44,835 nucleotides of DNA from Parcubacteria group bacterium (GTDB lineage Bacteria > Patescibacteriota > Minisyncoccia > Phycocordibacterales > DATDWN01). The notes beneath the pieces are model-generated. The model searched no databases. It was not told the origin of the DNA and saw only the letters and a program-made list of their open reading frames with translations. Location of the stretch: contig DAORIV010000002.1 in assembly GCA_035438705.1 (NCBI GenBank), positions 1 through 44,835 of the forward strand, written 5' to 3'. Below, in pieces: positions 16,659 through 24,299 of this stretch; positions within the stretch are counted from its first letter, which is position 1; each line of letters opens with the position of its first letter. The translations under genes were made by a program, and so were the position numbers.

Positions 16659-17656
16659 TTAATTCTTCACAAAAATTAAATCCAAAACTTTTTGATAAAA
16701 AAGTAGAACAGGTTCCGATTCGCCAAGGTTTTGGTGAAGGACTTTTGGAAGCTGGAGAGAAAAATCCAAAAGTAGTTGGGTTGTGTGCAGATTTGAAAGA
16801 ATCAACAAAAATGAATTTGTTTGCAGATAAGTTCCCAGAAAGATTTGTGGAGATCGGTGTGGCAGAGCAAAATCTAGCGAGTGTTGCATCCGGAATGGCA
16901 GCGATGGGCAAGATTCCATTCATATCTAGTTACGCAATGTTTTCTCCTGGACGAAACTGGGAGCAAATTCGCACTACTATATGTTATAACGACAGACCTG
17001 TGGTTATAGCGGGAAGTCATGCTGGGGTTTCTGTTGGTCCTGATGGTGGAACGCATCAAGCAATAGAAGACTTGGCGATTACTCGCGTAATTCCAAACAT
17101 GGTTGTTTTTTCTCCTTGTGATCATATTGAAGCAAAGAAAATAACTCTCGCCTCTGCAGAGCTCGGTAAGCCAGCATATATACGTCTAGCAAGAGAGAAA
17201 ACTCCAGTTATTACAACAATGGATACACCTTTTGAAGTTGGGAAAGGACAAATATTTTATGGAGAAGAAAAAGGAAAAGCAGATGTGGGTATTGTTGCTA
17301 CAGGGGCGCTTGTATACAAAGCTCTTAAAGTTGCAGAGAAACTTAAGGGTGATGGGATAAGTGCAAAAGTATTAAATATTTCAACAATAAAACCATTAGA
17401 TAATGAGTCAGTGATTAATTTGGCAAAAACTTGTGGAGCGATTGTTTCTGTTGAAGAACATCAAATTGCTGGAGGGCTTGGCTCTGCTGTTGTAGAATGT
17501 TTGTCTCAAAATTATCCAGTGCCACAAGAATTTATTGGAGTAAAAGATTTGTTTGGTCAGTCTGGCAAACAAGATGAACTACTAGAGCACTACGAAATGG
17601 GCGAGAATCATATACTAAATGCTTGTAAAAAAGTTATAGGTAGGAAAAATTCCTAA
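16655..17656 (+). CDS. tkt: Transketolase, C-terminal (pyrimidine-binding) subunit
   Basis: FVEIGVAEQNLASVASGMA and GPDGGTHQAIEDLA motifs. Confidence 0.9.
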   Translation: MINSSQKLNPKLFDKKVEQVPIRQGFGEGLLEAGEKNPKVVGLCADLKESTKMNLFADKFPERFVEIGVAEQNLASVASGMAAMGKIPFISSYAMFSPGRNWEQIRTTICYNDRPVVIAGSHAGVSVGPDGGTHQAIEDLAITRVIPNMVVFSPCDHIEAKKITLASAELGKPAYIRLAREKTPVITTMDTPFEVGKGQIFYGEEKGKADVGIVATGALVYKALKVAEKLKGDGISAKVLNISTIKPLDNESVINLAKTCGAIVSVEEHQIAGGLGSAVVECLSQNYPVPQEFIGVKDLFGQSGKQDELLEHYEMGENHILNACKKVIGRKNS

Positions 17657-17794
17657 TTATATTTTCAGAGTAACCTTAAAAATTCCAGCGAATTTTTAAG
17701 GCTAGTCCTCGGCCAAAGTCGTCAAGAACGGGGTGCCTTGACGACACCATGCTTTTGGCCTGCGGGTCCTCTGAAAACATAATTAGGAATTTTT
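17645..17794. repeat. Structured 3' intergenic element, family 2, copy 1
   Basis: A 26-bp closing helix (17645-17670 with 17769-17794, one A/C mismatch) and inner hairpins. Conserved strings are CCAGCG, TCCTCGGCC, ACCATGCT and GCCTGCGGG. The homologous copy is at 35197-35339. Confidence 0.55.
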
Positions 17795-17848
17795 GTGAAT
17801 TCGTTGACTTAAGTAATTTATTAAACTAGCTTATAATAAGGAGTACAT

Positions 17849-18199
17849 ATGTCACTGCCAATGCCAGATAGAGTTCCAGAGCCAGGTTTCTATCATCACT
17901 ACAAGCATGATCCAAAGAAAGGGGTTAATGATCATGCTTACGAAGTTGTCGGTATAGGTTTTCATACTGAGGACAATGCACGAGAGGGTGAAGCACATTT
18001 TCTAATCTATCGACCTTTGTATGATCAGAGTGTTTTTCATGCTCAAACCAAACTAAAGCTTCCATGTTTTGATGCTCGACCTCTCAAAATGTGGATGGAA
18101 GATGTTGTTGTTGATGGAAAGACAGTTCCTCGTTTCAAGAGGATTACTGATCCAAGAGTTATTGAGGAACTCGTGATTGTAAGGGAGGGTATGTACTAG
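17849..18199 (+). CDS. DUF1653-like protein, GC-richer class
   Basis: GFYHHYKHD..YEVVGIGFHTED..FLIYRPLY resembles DUF1653. SD AAGGAG lies 6 nt before the ATG. Confidence 0.55.
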   Translation: MSLPMPDRVPEPGFYHHYKHDPKKGVNDHAYEVVGIGFHTEDNAREGEAHFLIYRPLYDQSVFHAQTKLKLPCFDARPLKMWMEDVVVDGKTVPRFKRITDPRVIEELVIVREGMY

Positions 18200-18207
18200 T
18201 TTGAACT

Positions 18208-18235
18208 AAAAAGCTCGGATAGATTCCGAGCTTTT
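18208..18235. terminator. Bidirectional intrinsic terminator
   Basis: AAAAAGCTCGG atagatt CCGAGCTTTT between convergent genes. Confidence 0.75.
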
Positions 18236-18238
18236 CGC

Positions 18239-19240
18239 TTATATTTTACTTAGTTTATATTCCTCAGGGGCATTTTTTAGATACTCTTCAAGTTTTTCCC
18301 TTGTAAGTAGTCCTTTCTGTGCGCCAACTTGTTGTACCACTGACATTGAGTTTATCGGTGCCCATGAAAGTGCTTCGTGAAGAGTTTTTCCAAGTATTAA
18401 AGCAGAGACAACTGTTGAAGCAAAAGCATCTCCAGCTCCTGTTGCTTCAACTGGAGTGTGCGGATATACCGGCATAAAGTAAGCCTCATCTGTAGCAGGG
18501 TCGTATGAGTATGCTCCTTGGAAACCATCTGTCATTACAACTTTTTTTGGTCCTAGACTCGCTAGACCTTTCATCAAAGTTTTTGGATCACGACCAGTCT
18601 CGCCAAGTATTCTTTGAGCTTCCTCTACATTACAGAAAAAGATTTCAGTATTTTTATAAATTCTATCTAGAACTTCTTTACCCATTTTCATTTGGAATGT
18701 TCCAGGCTGGAAGGCAAGTTTTGTTTCAGGGTGTTTCTCAACAAAATCCACGATCTGCATTTGGAAATCTATAGTATTTTCTCCGAGTGAAGTTAGATAA
18801 ATCCATTTAGGAGCGACATCCATCTTAAAATCATACTTGTAGTGTTCGTGTTTAACTAAAATAGTTCTGTTTGCTTCGTACCATAATACGTAGTGGTAGT
18901 TTGTTTTGTTGTCTGGGTCTACATGCATATAAGTAGTATCTACTCCATCTTTTTGCAGGGATGTTAGACAATCCTCTCCATCTCTATCTTTACCCACGTA
19001 TGAGTATAGAGCTGAATGTAGACCAAGTCGGCTAGCCGAAACAGCAGCGTTGGCACAGTTTCCAACTGCGTAACATATTTCTACAGACTCAAATGGAACT
19101 TTGTCTCCATATCTTACACAAAGTTCACATTCTTCATTGTTTATCTTGCAATGGGTTGAAGCGTCTTTAATTCTAATAAAAGCATCTACCACCGTGTCGC
19201 CAATAGCGAGCATATCTATCTGTTTGTTTTCGTTTGTCAT
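18239..19240 (-). CDS. PfkB-family carbohydrate kinase
   Basis: N-terminal LAIGDTVVDAF and C-terminal TGAGDAFAS motifs. The start is moved to ATG 19240, 7 nt after TGgTATACT on the minus strand. Confidence 0.85.
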   Translation of the reverse strand: MTNENKQIDMLAIGDTVVDAFIRIKDASTHCKINNEECELCVRYGDKVPFESVEICYAVGNCANAAVSASRLGLHSALYSYVGKDRDGEDCLTSLQKDGVDTTYMHVDPDNKTNYHYVLWYEANRTILVKHEHYKYDFKMDVAPKWIYLTSLGENTIDFQMQIVDFVEKHPETKLAFQPGTFQMKMGKEVLDRIYKNTEIFFCNVEEAQRILGETGRDPKTLMKGLASLGPKKVVMTDGFQGAYSYDPATDEAYFMPVYPHTPVEATGAGDAFASTVVSALILGKTLHEALSWAPINSMSVVQQVGAQKGLLTREKLEEYLKNAPEEYKLSKI

Positions 19241-19272
19241 ATGGAAAAGTATACCACAATGAAAGTTGGCTA

Positions 19273-19281
19273 TGATATACT
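19273..19281 (+). promoter_or_regulatory. Extended -10 box abutting the fba start codon
   Basis: TGaTATACT ends 6 nt before ATG 19288. The divergent pfkB gene has a mirror-image box at 19248-19256. Confidence 0.4.
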
Positions 19282-19287
19282 TTTGTA

Positions 19288-20154
19288 ATGAAAACATTAA
19301 AACAAACAGTGCAGGAAGCAAGGGAGAAAAAAGTTGCAGTAGGACATTTTAATATATCTAATCTAGAGGCGTTATGGGGTATTTTCAGAGCCGCACAAAG
19401 TCTGAATGTGCCGGTAATTATTGGGGTATCAGAAGGTGAGAGGGATTTTGTTGGGGTTAAACAAGTTGCTGCAGTAGTAAAAAGTATTAGAGAGGAATAT
19501 GACTATCCTATATATCTAAACGCTGATCACACATACTCATTTGATAAAGTGAAAGAAGCAATAGATGCTGGTTTTGACTCTGTTATTGTAGATGGAGCAA
19601 AACTTTCTTTTGAAGAAAATGTAAAAATGACAAAACAATGTGTCGATTATGCTCGTGCTTCAGGTAGAGAAGTTTTGGTTGAGGCAGAGTTGGGTTATAT
19701 TGGTCAGTCATCAAAAGTGTTAGATGAAATTCCAGAAGGTGTGATGCTAGATGAGAGTTCTCTGACGGATCCAGCAAAAGCAAAAGAGTTTGTAGAACTA
19801 ACCGGTGTAGATATGCTCGCTCCTGCAGTAGGAAACTTTCATGGGATGCTTCGAGGAGGAGTTGATCCAAAACTAAACATAGAAAGAGTGAAAGCTATTT
19901 CAGATAGTACCGGTATTCCGCTCGTGCTTCACGGCGGTTCAGGAAACTCAGAAGATGATTTCAAACAGGCGATAGCAAACGGAATAAATATTGTTCATAT
20001 AAATACAGAAATACGCCTAGCTTTTAGAGATGCGGTGAAAAAAGCACTTCAAGAAAACCCAGACGAAGTTGCACCATATAAGTTTCTTAAACCTGGAATG
20101 CTTGCGGTACAGGAAGTAGTAACTAATAAATTAAAATTTTTTAATAATTTATAA
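19288..20154 (+). CDS. fba: Class II fructose-bisphosphate aldolase
   Basis: VAVGHFNISNLE, LNADHT and LVLHGGSG motifs. Confidence 0.9.
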   Translation: MKTLKQTVQEAREKKVAVGHFNISNLEALWGIFRAAQSLNVPVIIGVSEGERDFVGVKQVAAVVKSIREEYDYPIYLNADHTYSFDKVKEAIDAGFDSVIVDGAKLSFEENVKMTKQCVDYARASGREVLVEAELGYIGQSSKVLDEIPEGVMLDESSLTDPAKAKEFVELTGVDMLAPAVGNFHGMLRGGVDPKLNIERVKAISDSTGIPLVLHGGSGNSEDDFKQAIANGINIVHINTEIRLAFRDAVKKALQENPDEVAPYKFLKPGMLAVQEVVTNKLKFFNNL

Positions 20155-20155
20155 A

Positions 20156-21808
20156 ATGAAACTTACACAAAAAGATTTAGCTGAAAAAATAAAAACTATT
20201 TTTAAAGGAGAAATTATTTTTGATGAAAAAACATTAGATACTTACAGTAGAGATGCGAGTCTCTTGGAAGTAAAACCAGAACTAGTTTTGTTCCCACAAG
20301 ATTCTGAGGATATACAAAAGTTAGTAAAATTTGTTGCAGAAAATAAAGCAGACAATCCAAATCTTTCAATAACTGCACGTTCAGCGGGTACATGTATGTC
20401 TGGCGGGTCACTATCAGAGTCTATGGTCATGGATATGACAAAACACATAAATGGTATTAAAGAGGTAAATAGTGAAGAAGCTACTGCACTACCTGGGACA
20501 TTTTATAGAGATTTTGAAACAGAGACTCTTAAGCACAATGCAATACTTCCGAGTTACACTGCATCAAAAATGTTAAACACTGTTGGTGGAATGGTGGCAA
20601 ATAACTCTGCTGGAGAAAAAACATTGGCATACGGAAAAACAGAAGAATATGTAAAAGAAATGAAAGTTATTTTTGCTGATGGCAATGAATATGTAACAAA
20701 GCCACTGAATAAAGAAGAATTAGAAAGAAAAATGGCTCAGGGGGATTATGAAGGAAATATTTACAAAAATTTGTGGAACTTGATACAAGAAAATGAGAAA
20801 GCAATAAAGTATGCTAAGCCAGATGTATCAAAAAATTCTGCAGGTTACTACTTGTGGAATGTCTGGGATGGAAATACATTTGATATCAATAAACTTTTAA
20901 CGGGCTCACAGGGAACGCTTTGTATAATTACAGAAATTAAATTCAAACTCGTTCCTGTCAAAAAGAAATCAAAACTTTTTGTTATTTTTATGAGAGACTT
21001 AGAAAATCTAAGTGAGTTAGTGAACGAAATACTTCCGTTTAAACCAGAATCTTTAGAGTCATATGATGATAGTACTATGAAACTAGCTATAAGGTTTTTG
21101 CCTGAAATGATAAAGAAAATGAAAGTAAATCATTTCTTGAAACTTATGTTTGGTTTTTTGCCAGAAGTAGGAATGATGTTAAAAGGAGGAATACCAAAAC
21201 TTATTTTATTGGTTGAGTTTGGTGGAGATGAAGATGCTGAGATAGATAAAAAAATGAAAGATTTGTATGCAAAGATACATCATTTCGGTTTTACAATGAG
21301 AATGTCTAGATCTGAAGAGGAGTCTAGTAAGTATTGGACTATTAGACGAGAAAGTTTCAATTTACTAAGACAGCATGTAAAAGGTGCCAGAACTGCGCCG
21401 TTCATCGATGATGTAGTTGTAAAACCAGAATACTTACCAGCATTTTTGCCAAAGATGCGAAAGATTTTGGATGAACATAAGTTGGTTTACACTATTGCTG
21501 GGCATGCTGGAAATGGAAACTTTCACATTATCCCTCTTATGAACATGAAGGATCCAAAAAATGCAGAGCTTATTCCTATAGTTTCAGATAAAATATATAG
21601 TCTAGTTAAAGAGTACAGGGGTTCTATAGATGCAGAACACAATGATGGTATCATTCGTACACCGTATCTTGAGCAAATGTTTGGCCATGAAATGATTCAG
21701 ATTTTTAAGAAAACTAAGGATATTTTTGACCCTAAAAACATATTTAATCCAGGTAAAAAAGTGGGTGGAACTAAAGAATATATGCTAAGTCATATTGTGA
21801 AGTCATAA
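20156..21808 (+). CDS. FAD-linked oxidase (GlcD/D-lactate dehydrogenase-like)
   Basis: The N-terminal FAD-binding PCMH-type region contains RSAGTCMSGGS. The C-terminal part has a GHAGNGNFH motif and the length of an FAD-oxidase C domain. Confidence 0.8.
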   Translation: MKLTQKDLAEKIKTIFKGEIIFDEKTLDTYSRDASLLEVKPELVLFPQDSEDIQKLVKFVAENKADNPNLSITARSAGTCMSGGSLSESMVMDMTKHINGIKEVNSEEATALPGTFYRDFETETLKHNAILPSYTASKMLNTVGGMVANNSAGEKTLAYGKTEEYVKEMKVIFADGNEYVTKPLNKEELERKMAQGDYEGNIYKNLWNLIQENEKAIKYAKPDVSKNSAGYYLWNVWDGNTFDINKLLTGSQGTLCIITEIKFKLVPVKKKSKLFVIFMRDLENLSELVNEILPFKPESLESYDDSTMKLAIRFLPEMIKKMKVNHFLKLMFGFLPEVGMMLKGGIPKLILLVEFGGDEDAEIDKKMKDLYAKIHHFGFTMRMSRSEEESSKYWTIRRESFNLLRQHVKGARTAPFIDDVVVKPEYLPAFLPKMRKILDEHKLVYTIAGHAGNGNFHIIPLMNMKDPKNAELIPIVSDKIYSLVKEYRGSIDAEHNDGIIRTPYLEQMFGHEMIQIFKKTKDIFDPKNIFNPGKKVGGTKEYMLSHIVKS

Positions 21809-21930
21809 AAATCTCTTTCTTTTCATAATTTTTTTAGAAACAGAATATCCGCCTGATGGCGGATTTCTTCGCGCTCATGTATTCATTCATTCCGCGATGT
21901 TCTAAAAAAATTATGAGTCAACGAGATTTT
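21808..21930 (+). repeat. Structured 3' intergenic element, family 1, copy B
   Basis: P1 is AAAATCTC/GAGATTTT and P2 is CATAATTTTTTTAGAA/TTCTAAAAAAATTATG. It has the same conserved core as copy A plus an extra hairpin, ATCCGCC tgat GGCGGAT. Confidence 0.55.
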
Positions 21931-21947
21931 CCACTTCCATTTCACCT

Positions 21948-22166
21948 AAAATCAACTAATTTTGTAATTTTTAGAGACTGCGGAGGTAATTAGTAATTAA
22001 AGACGAAGATGAAGTAAGCACGAAGCAGTGTTTGACGACAAGTATTCGAGGAGGAGTTTGCGAGAGTGCTACAAATCCAGGATATTAATTGCTTGATTGC
22101 CGAGCGATAGTAAAATCTCACCAGAGATTTATGCGTGCTCTATAAATTACAAAATTAGTTGATTTT
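21948..22166 (+). ncRNA. Candidate structured RNA of about 220 nt, closed by a 29-bp helix (alternative reading: MITE-like inverted-repeat element)
   Basis: Arms 21948-21976 and 22138-22166 are complementary with one mismatch. The inner helix 21985-22000 with 22085-22101 has 16 pairs, including 3 T-G pairs that work only in + strand RNA. A local hairpin lies at 22113-22130. Confidence 0.4.
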
Positions 22167-22193
22167 TTATCCCTTTTATCCTATACTAGCCAA

Positions 22194-22832
22194 ATGATTA
22201 TTTTAGAAGCAGAGACACGAGATAAGTCTGTTGATTTAAATTCTCTAAGAAAGGGAGGCAAAATTCCTGCTGTTTTCTATGGAAAAAAGACAGAATCTAC
22301 ACCGATTTCTCTACAAATGAATGCATTTGTATCAGCATGGAGAAAAATGGGTGAATCTGGTGTTATTTCTATAAAAACTTCAAAGGGTACAGTGGATACA
22401 CTTATTCACGATGTACAACTAGATCCAGTAACAGACATGCCAGTTCACGTTGATTTCTATGTGTTTGAAAAAGGTAAGAAAGTTGAAGTGGACGTTCCTC
22501 TTGAGTTCGTGGGGGTTTCTCCTGCAGTTAAAGATCTAGGTGGAAATCTAGTTAAAGCTTTACAAGAGCTTAAAATATCATCTGATCCTCAAAGCATTCC
22601 ACATGAAATTGCAGTAGATATTTCATCACTTGTTGATTTTGATAGTAAAATTATTGCAAGTGACATTAAACTTCCAGCTGGAGTTACATTAGTAGAAAAT
22701 CCAGAAGAAGTTGTGGCGGCTATTGTTAGACAAAAGGAGGAGTCAGACGAACCAAGTGCTCCTATCGACCTAAGTTCAATTGAAGTAGAGAAGAAGGGTA
22801 AGAAAGAAGAGGAAGGAGAATCTGCAGAATAA
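22194..22832 (+). CDS. rplY: Ribosomal protein bL25 (Ctc form)
   Basis: GKIPAVFYGKK near the N-terminus, two-domain length, and an acidic tail. Confidence 0.9.
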   Translation: MIILEAETRDKSVDLNSLRKGGKIPAVFYGKKTESTPISLQMNAFVSAWRKMGESGVISIKTSKGTVDTLIHDVQLDPVTDMPVHVDFYVFEKGKKVEVDVPLEFVGVSPAVKDLGGNLVKALQELKISSDPQSIPHEIAVDISSLVDFDSKIIASDIKLPAGVTLVENPEEVVAAIVRQKEESDEPSAPIDLSSIEVEKKGKKEEEGESAE

Positions 22833-22834
22833 AA

Positions 22835-22862
22835 AAAGAGGAGCCCGAAAGGGCTCTTTTTT
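22835..22862 (+). terminator. Intrinsic terminator
   Basis: AAAGAGGAGCCC gaaa GGGCTCTTTTTT. Confidence 0.8.
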
Positions 22863-22910
22863 GTAATCATGGGTGTAATAAAACGTCTCAAAATAGTGTA
22901 TAATATAAAA

Positions 22911-24281
22911 ATGTCAGAACGGTTATTTTTAATGGTAAAAAATCTAAAATTTGTAACAATTTTGTTTGTTTTTGTACTTATTTTTCTGAGCCCTTCTAGC
23001 TCATTTGCTATAACTCAGGAAGAACAGGAGGCAATTTGGAGAGCAGAGTTGGCGCAAACTGAGGCAGATATTGCTAAATGGCAATCGATTTTAAGTAGTA
23101 CTAAAGCAAATACCAAATCCCTCCAAGAAGAGGCTGCACTTTTGAATGCAAAAATTAAACAAGCACAGGCGGTTATAAAACAGAGAAACATTAACATCGC
23201 ACAGTTAGGCAACCAAATAAAAGATAAACAGAAAAAGATTCTTACTCTTGAACAAAAAATAGAGAAAGGGCATGATTCTTTGGCACAATTGATAAGAAAA
23301 ACTAATGAAATAGACGAGTTTTCTTTGCCGGAAGTAGTTTTGGGTAATAAAGATATTTCTGAGTTTTTTTCTGATGTGGATGATTTTCAGTCTATTAAAA
23401 GATCTTTAGCTGAACTTTTTGAAGATATTCGAGAAACAAAGACACTTACAGAAAAAGAAAAACAAAGTCTGGGTGAGGCGCAGGACAAGGAGCTTGATAC
23501 AAAGGCAGCTGTAGAGGCTCAAAAAAAAGAGGTAGAAAAAAATGAAAAAGAAAAGCAGTATTTAATTTCTGTAAATAAAACCCAAGAAAAAACGTATGAA
23601 CAGGTAATTGCAGATAGACAGAAAAAGGCTGCAGAAATAAAAGCCAAACTTTTTAAACTTGCTGGTGGTTCTGCAGCAATTCCTTTCGGAACAGCCCTAA
23701 CTTATGCACAATCAGCTTCTGCTAAGACAGGTGTTTCTCCAGCATTTATACTTGCAATTTTAACTCAAGAAAGTAGTTTAGGGGCCAATGTTGGCAAGTG
23801 TTATTTAACAGACACAAGTACTGGTGCGGGTGTAAATACTGCTGGAACAAAAAGTTTCCCAAATGTGATGAAGTCACCTCGTGATACGGTTCCTTTTTTG
23901 GAGATAACAAACCGACTTGGTTTTGACTGGAAAACTACAGTAGTTTCATGTCCTATAGCTGGTGTGGCTGGCTATGGAGGAGCTATGGGTCCAGCACAAT
24001 TCATTCCATCTACTTGGCATATTTTTGATGATAAGTTAAAGGATATATTTGGAACAGATTCTAATCCATGGAATCCTGAACACGCTTTTATGGCTTCAGC
24101 ATTGTTTTTATCTGATTTGGGAGCTAAAACAGCAACATTTAGTGCAGAATCAAGGGCTGCTTGTCGATACTATGGAGGAGGCGCATCGACTTGTTCTTAT
24201 AGTAGAAGTGTTATGAAGCTGAAAGATAGTATTCAGGCAGATATTGATTATTTGAATCAATATGGGGTATCTAGAAGATAA
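22911..24281 (+). CDS. Secreted coiled-coil protein with a C-terminal lytic transglycosylase-like domain
   Basis: Signal/TM segment FVTILFVFVLIFLSPSSSFA, a long coiled coil, then ILAILTQESSLG and GAMGPAQFIPSTW. The start is ambiguous (22911 or 22932). TATAAT at 22899-22904 lies 6 nt before ATG 22911. Confidence 0.7.
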   Translation: MSERLFLMVKNLKFVTILFVFVLIFLSPSSSFAITQEEQEAIWRAELAQTEADIAKWQSILSSTKANTKSLQEEAALLNAKIKQAQAVIKQRNINIAQLGNQIKDKQKKILTLEQKIEKGHDSLAQLIRKTNEIDEFSLPEVVLGNKDISEFFSDVDDFQSIKRSLAELFEDIRETKTLTEKEKQSLGEAQDKELDTKAAVEAQKKEVEKNEKEKQYLISVNKTQEKTYEQVIADRQKKAAEIKAKLFKLAGGSAAIPFGTALTYAQSASAKTGVSPAFILAILTQESSLGANVGKCYLTDTSTGAGVNTAGTKSFPNVMKSPRDTVPFLEITNRLGFDWKTTVVSCPIAGVAGYGGAMGPAQFIPSTWHIFDDKLKDIFGTDSNPWNPEHAFMASALFLSDLGAKTATFSAESRAACRYYGGGASTCSYSRSVMKLKDSIQADIDYLNQYGVSRR

Positions 24282-24299
24282 ATAGTATATAATCATTAA

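Noticed and set aside
17645-17794. Integron attC sites as an explanation for the hairpin elements at gene 3' ends.
   Set aside because: The RYYYAAC/GTTRRRY core sites are not matched (GAGTCAAC and GTTGACT fail the purine/pyrimidine pattern). No intI gene is present. The flanking genes are housekeeping genes with their own promoters.
21977-22137. Small ORFs inside the 220-nt element (for example a GTG-initiated 14-aa frame after AGGAGGAG).
   Set aside because: They are very short and lie inside predicted helices, and nothing supports coding. They are noted only as an alternative if the RNA hypothesis fails.
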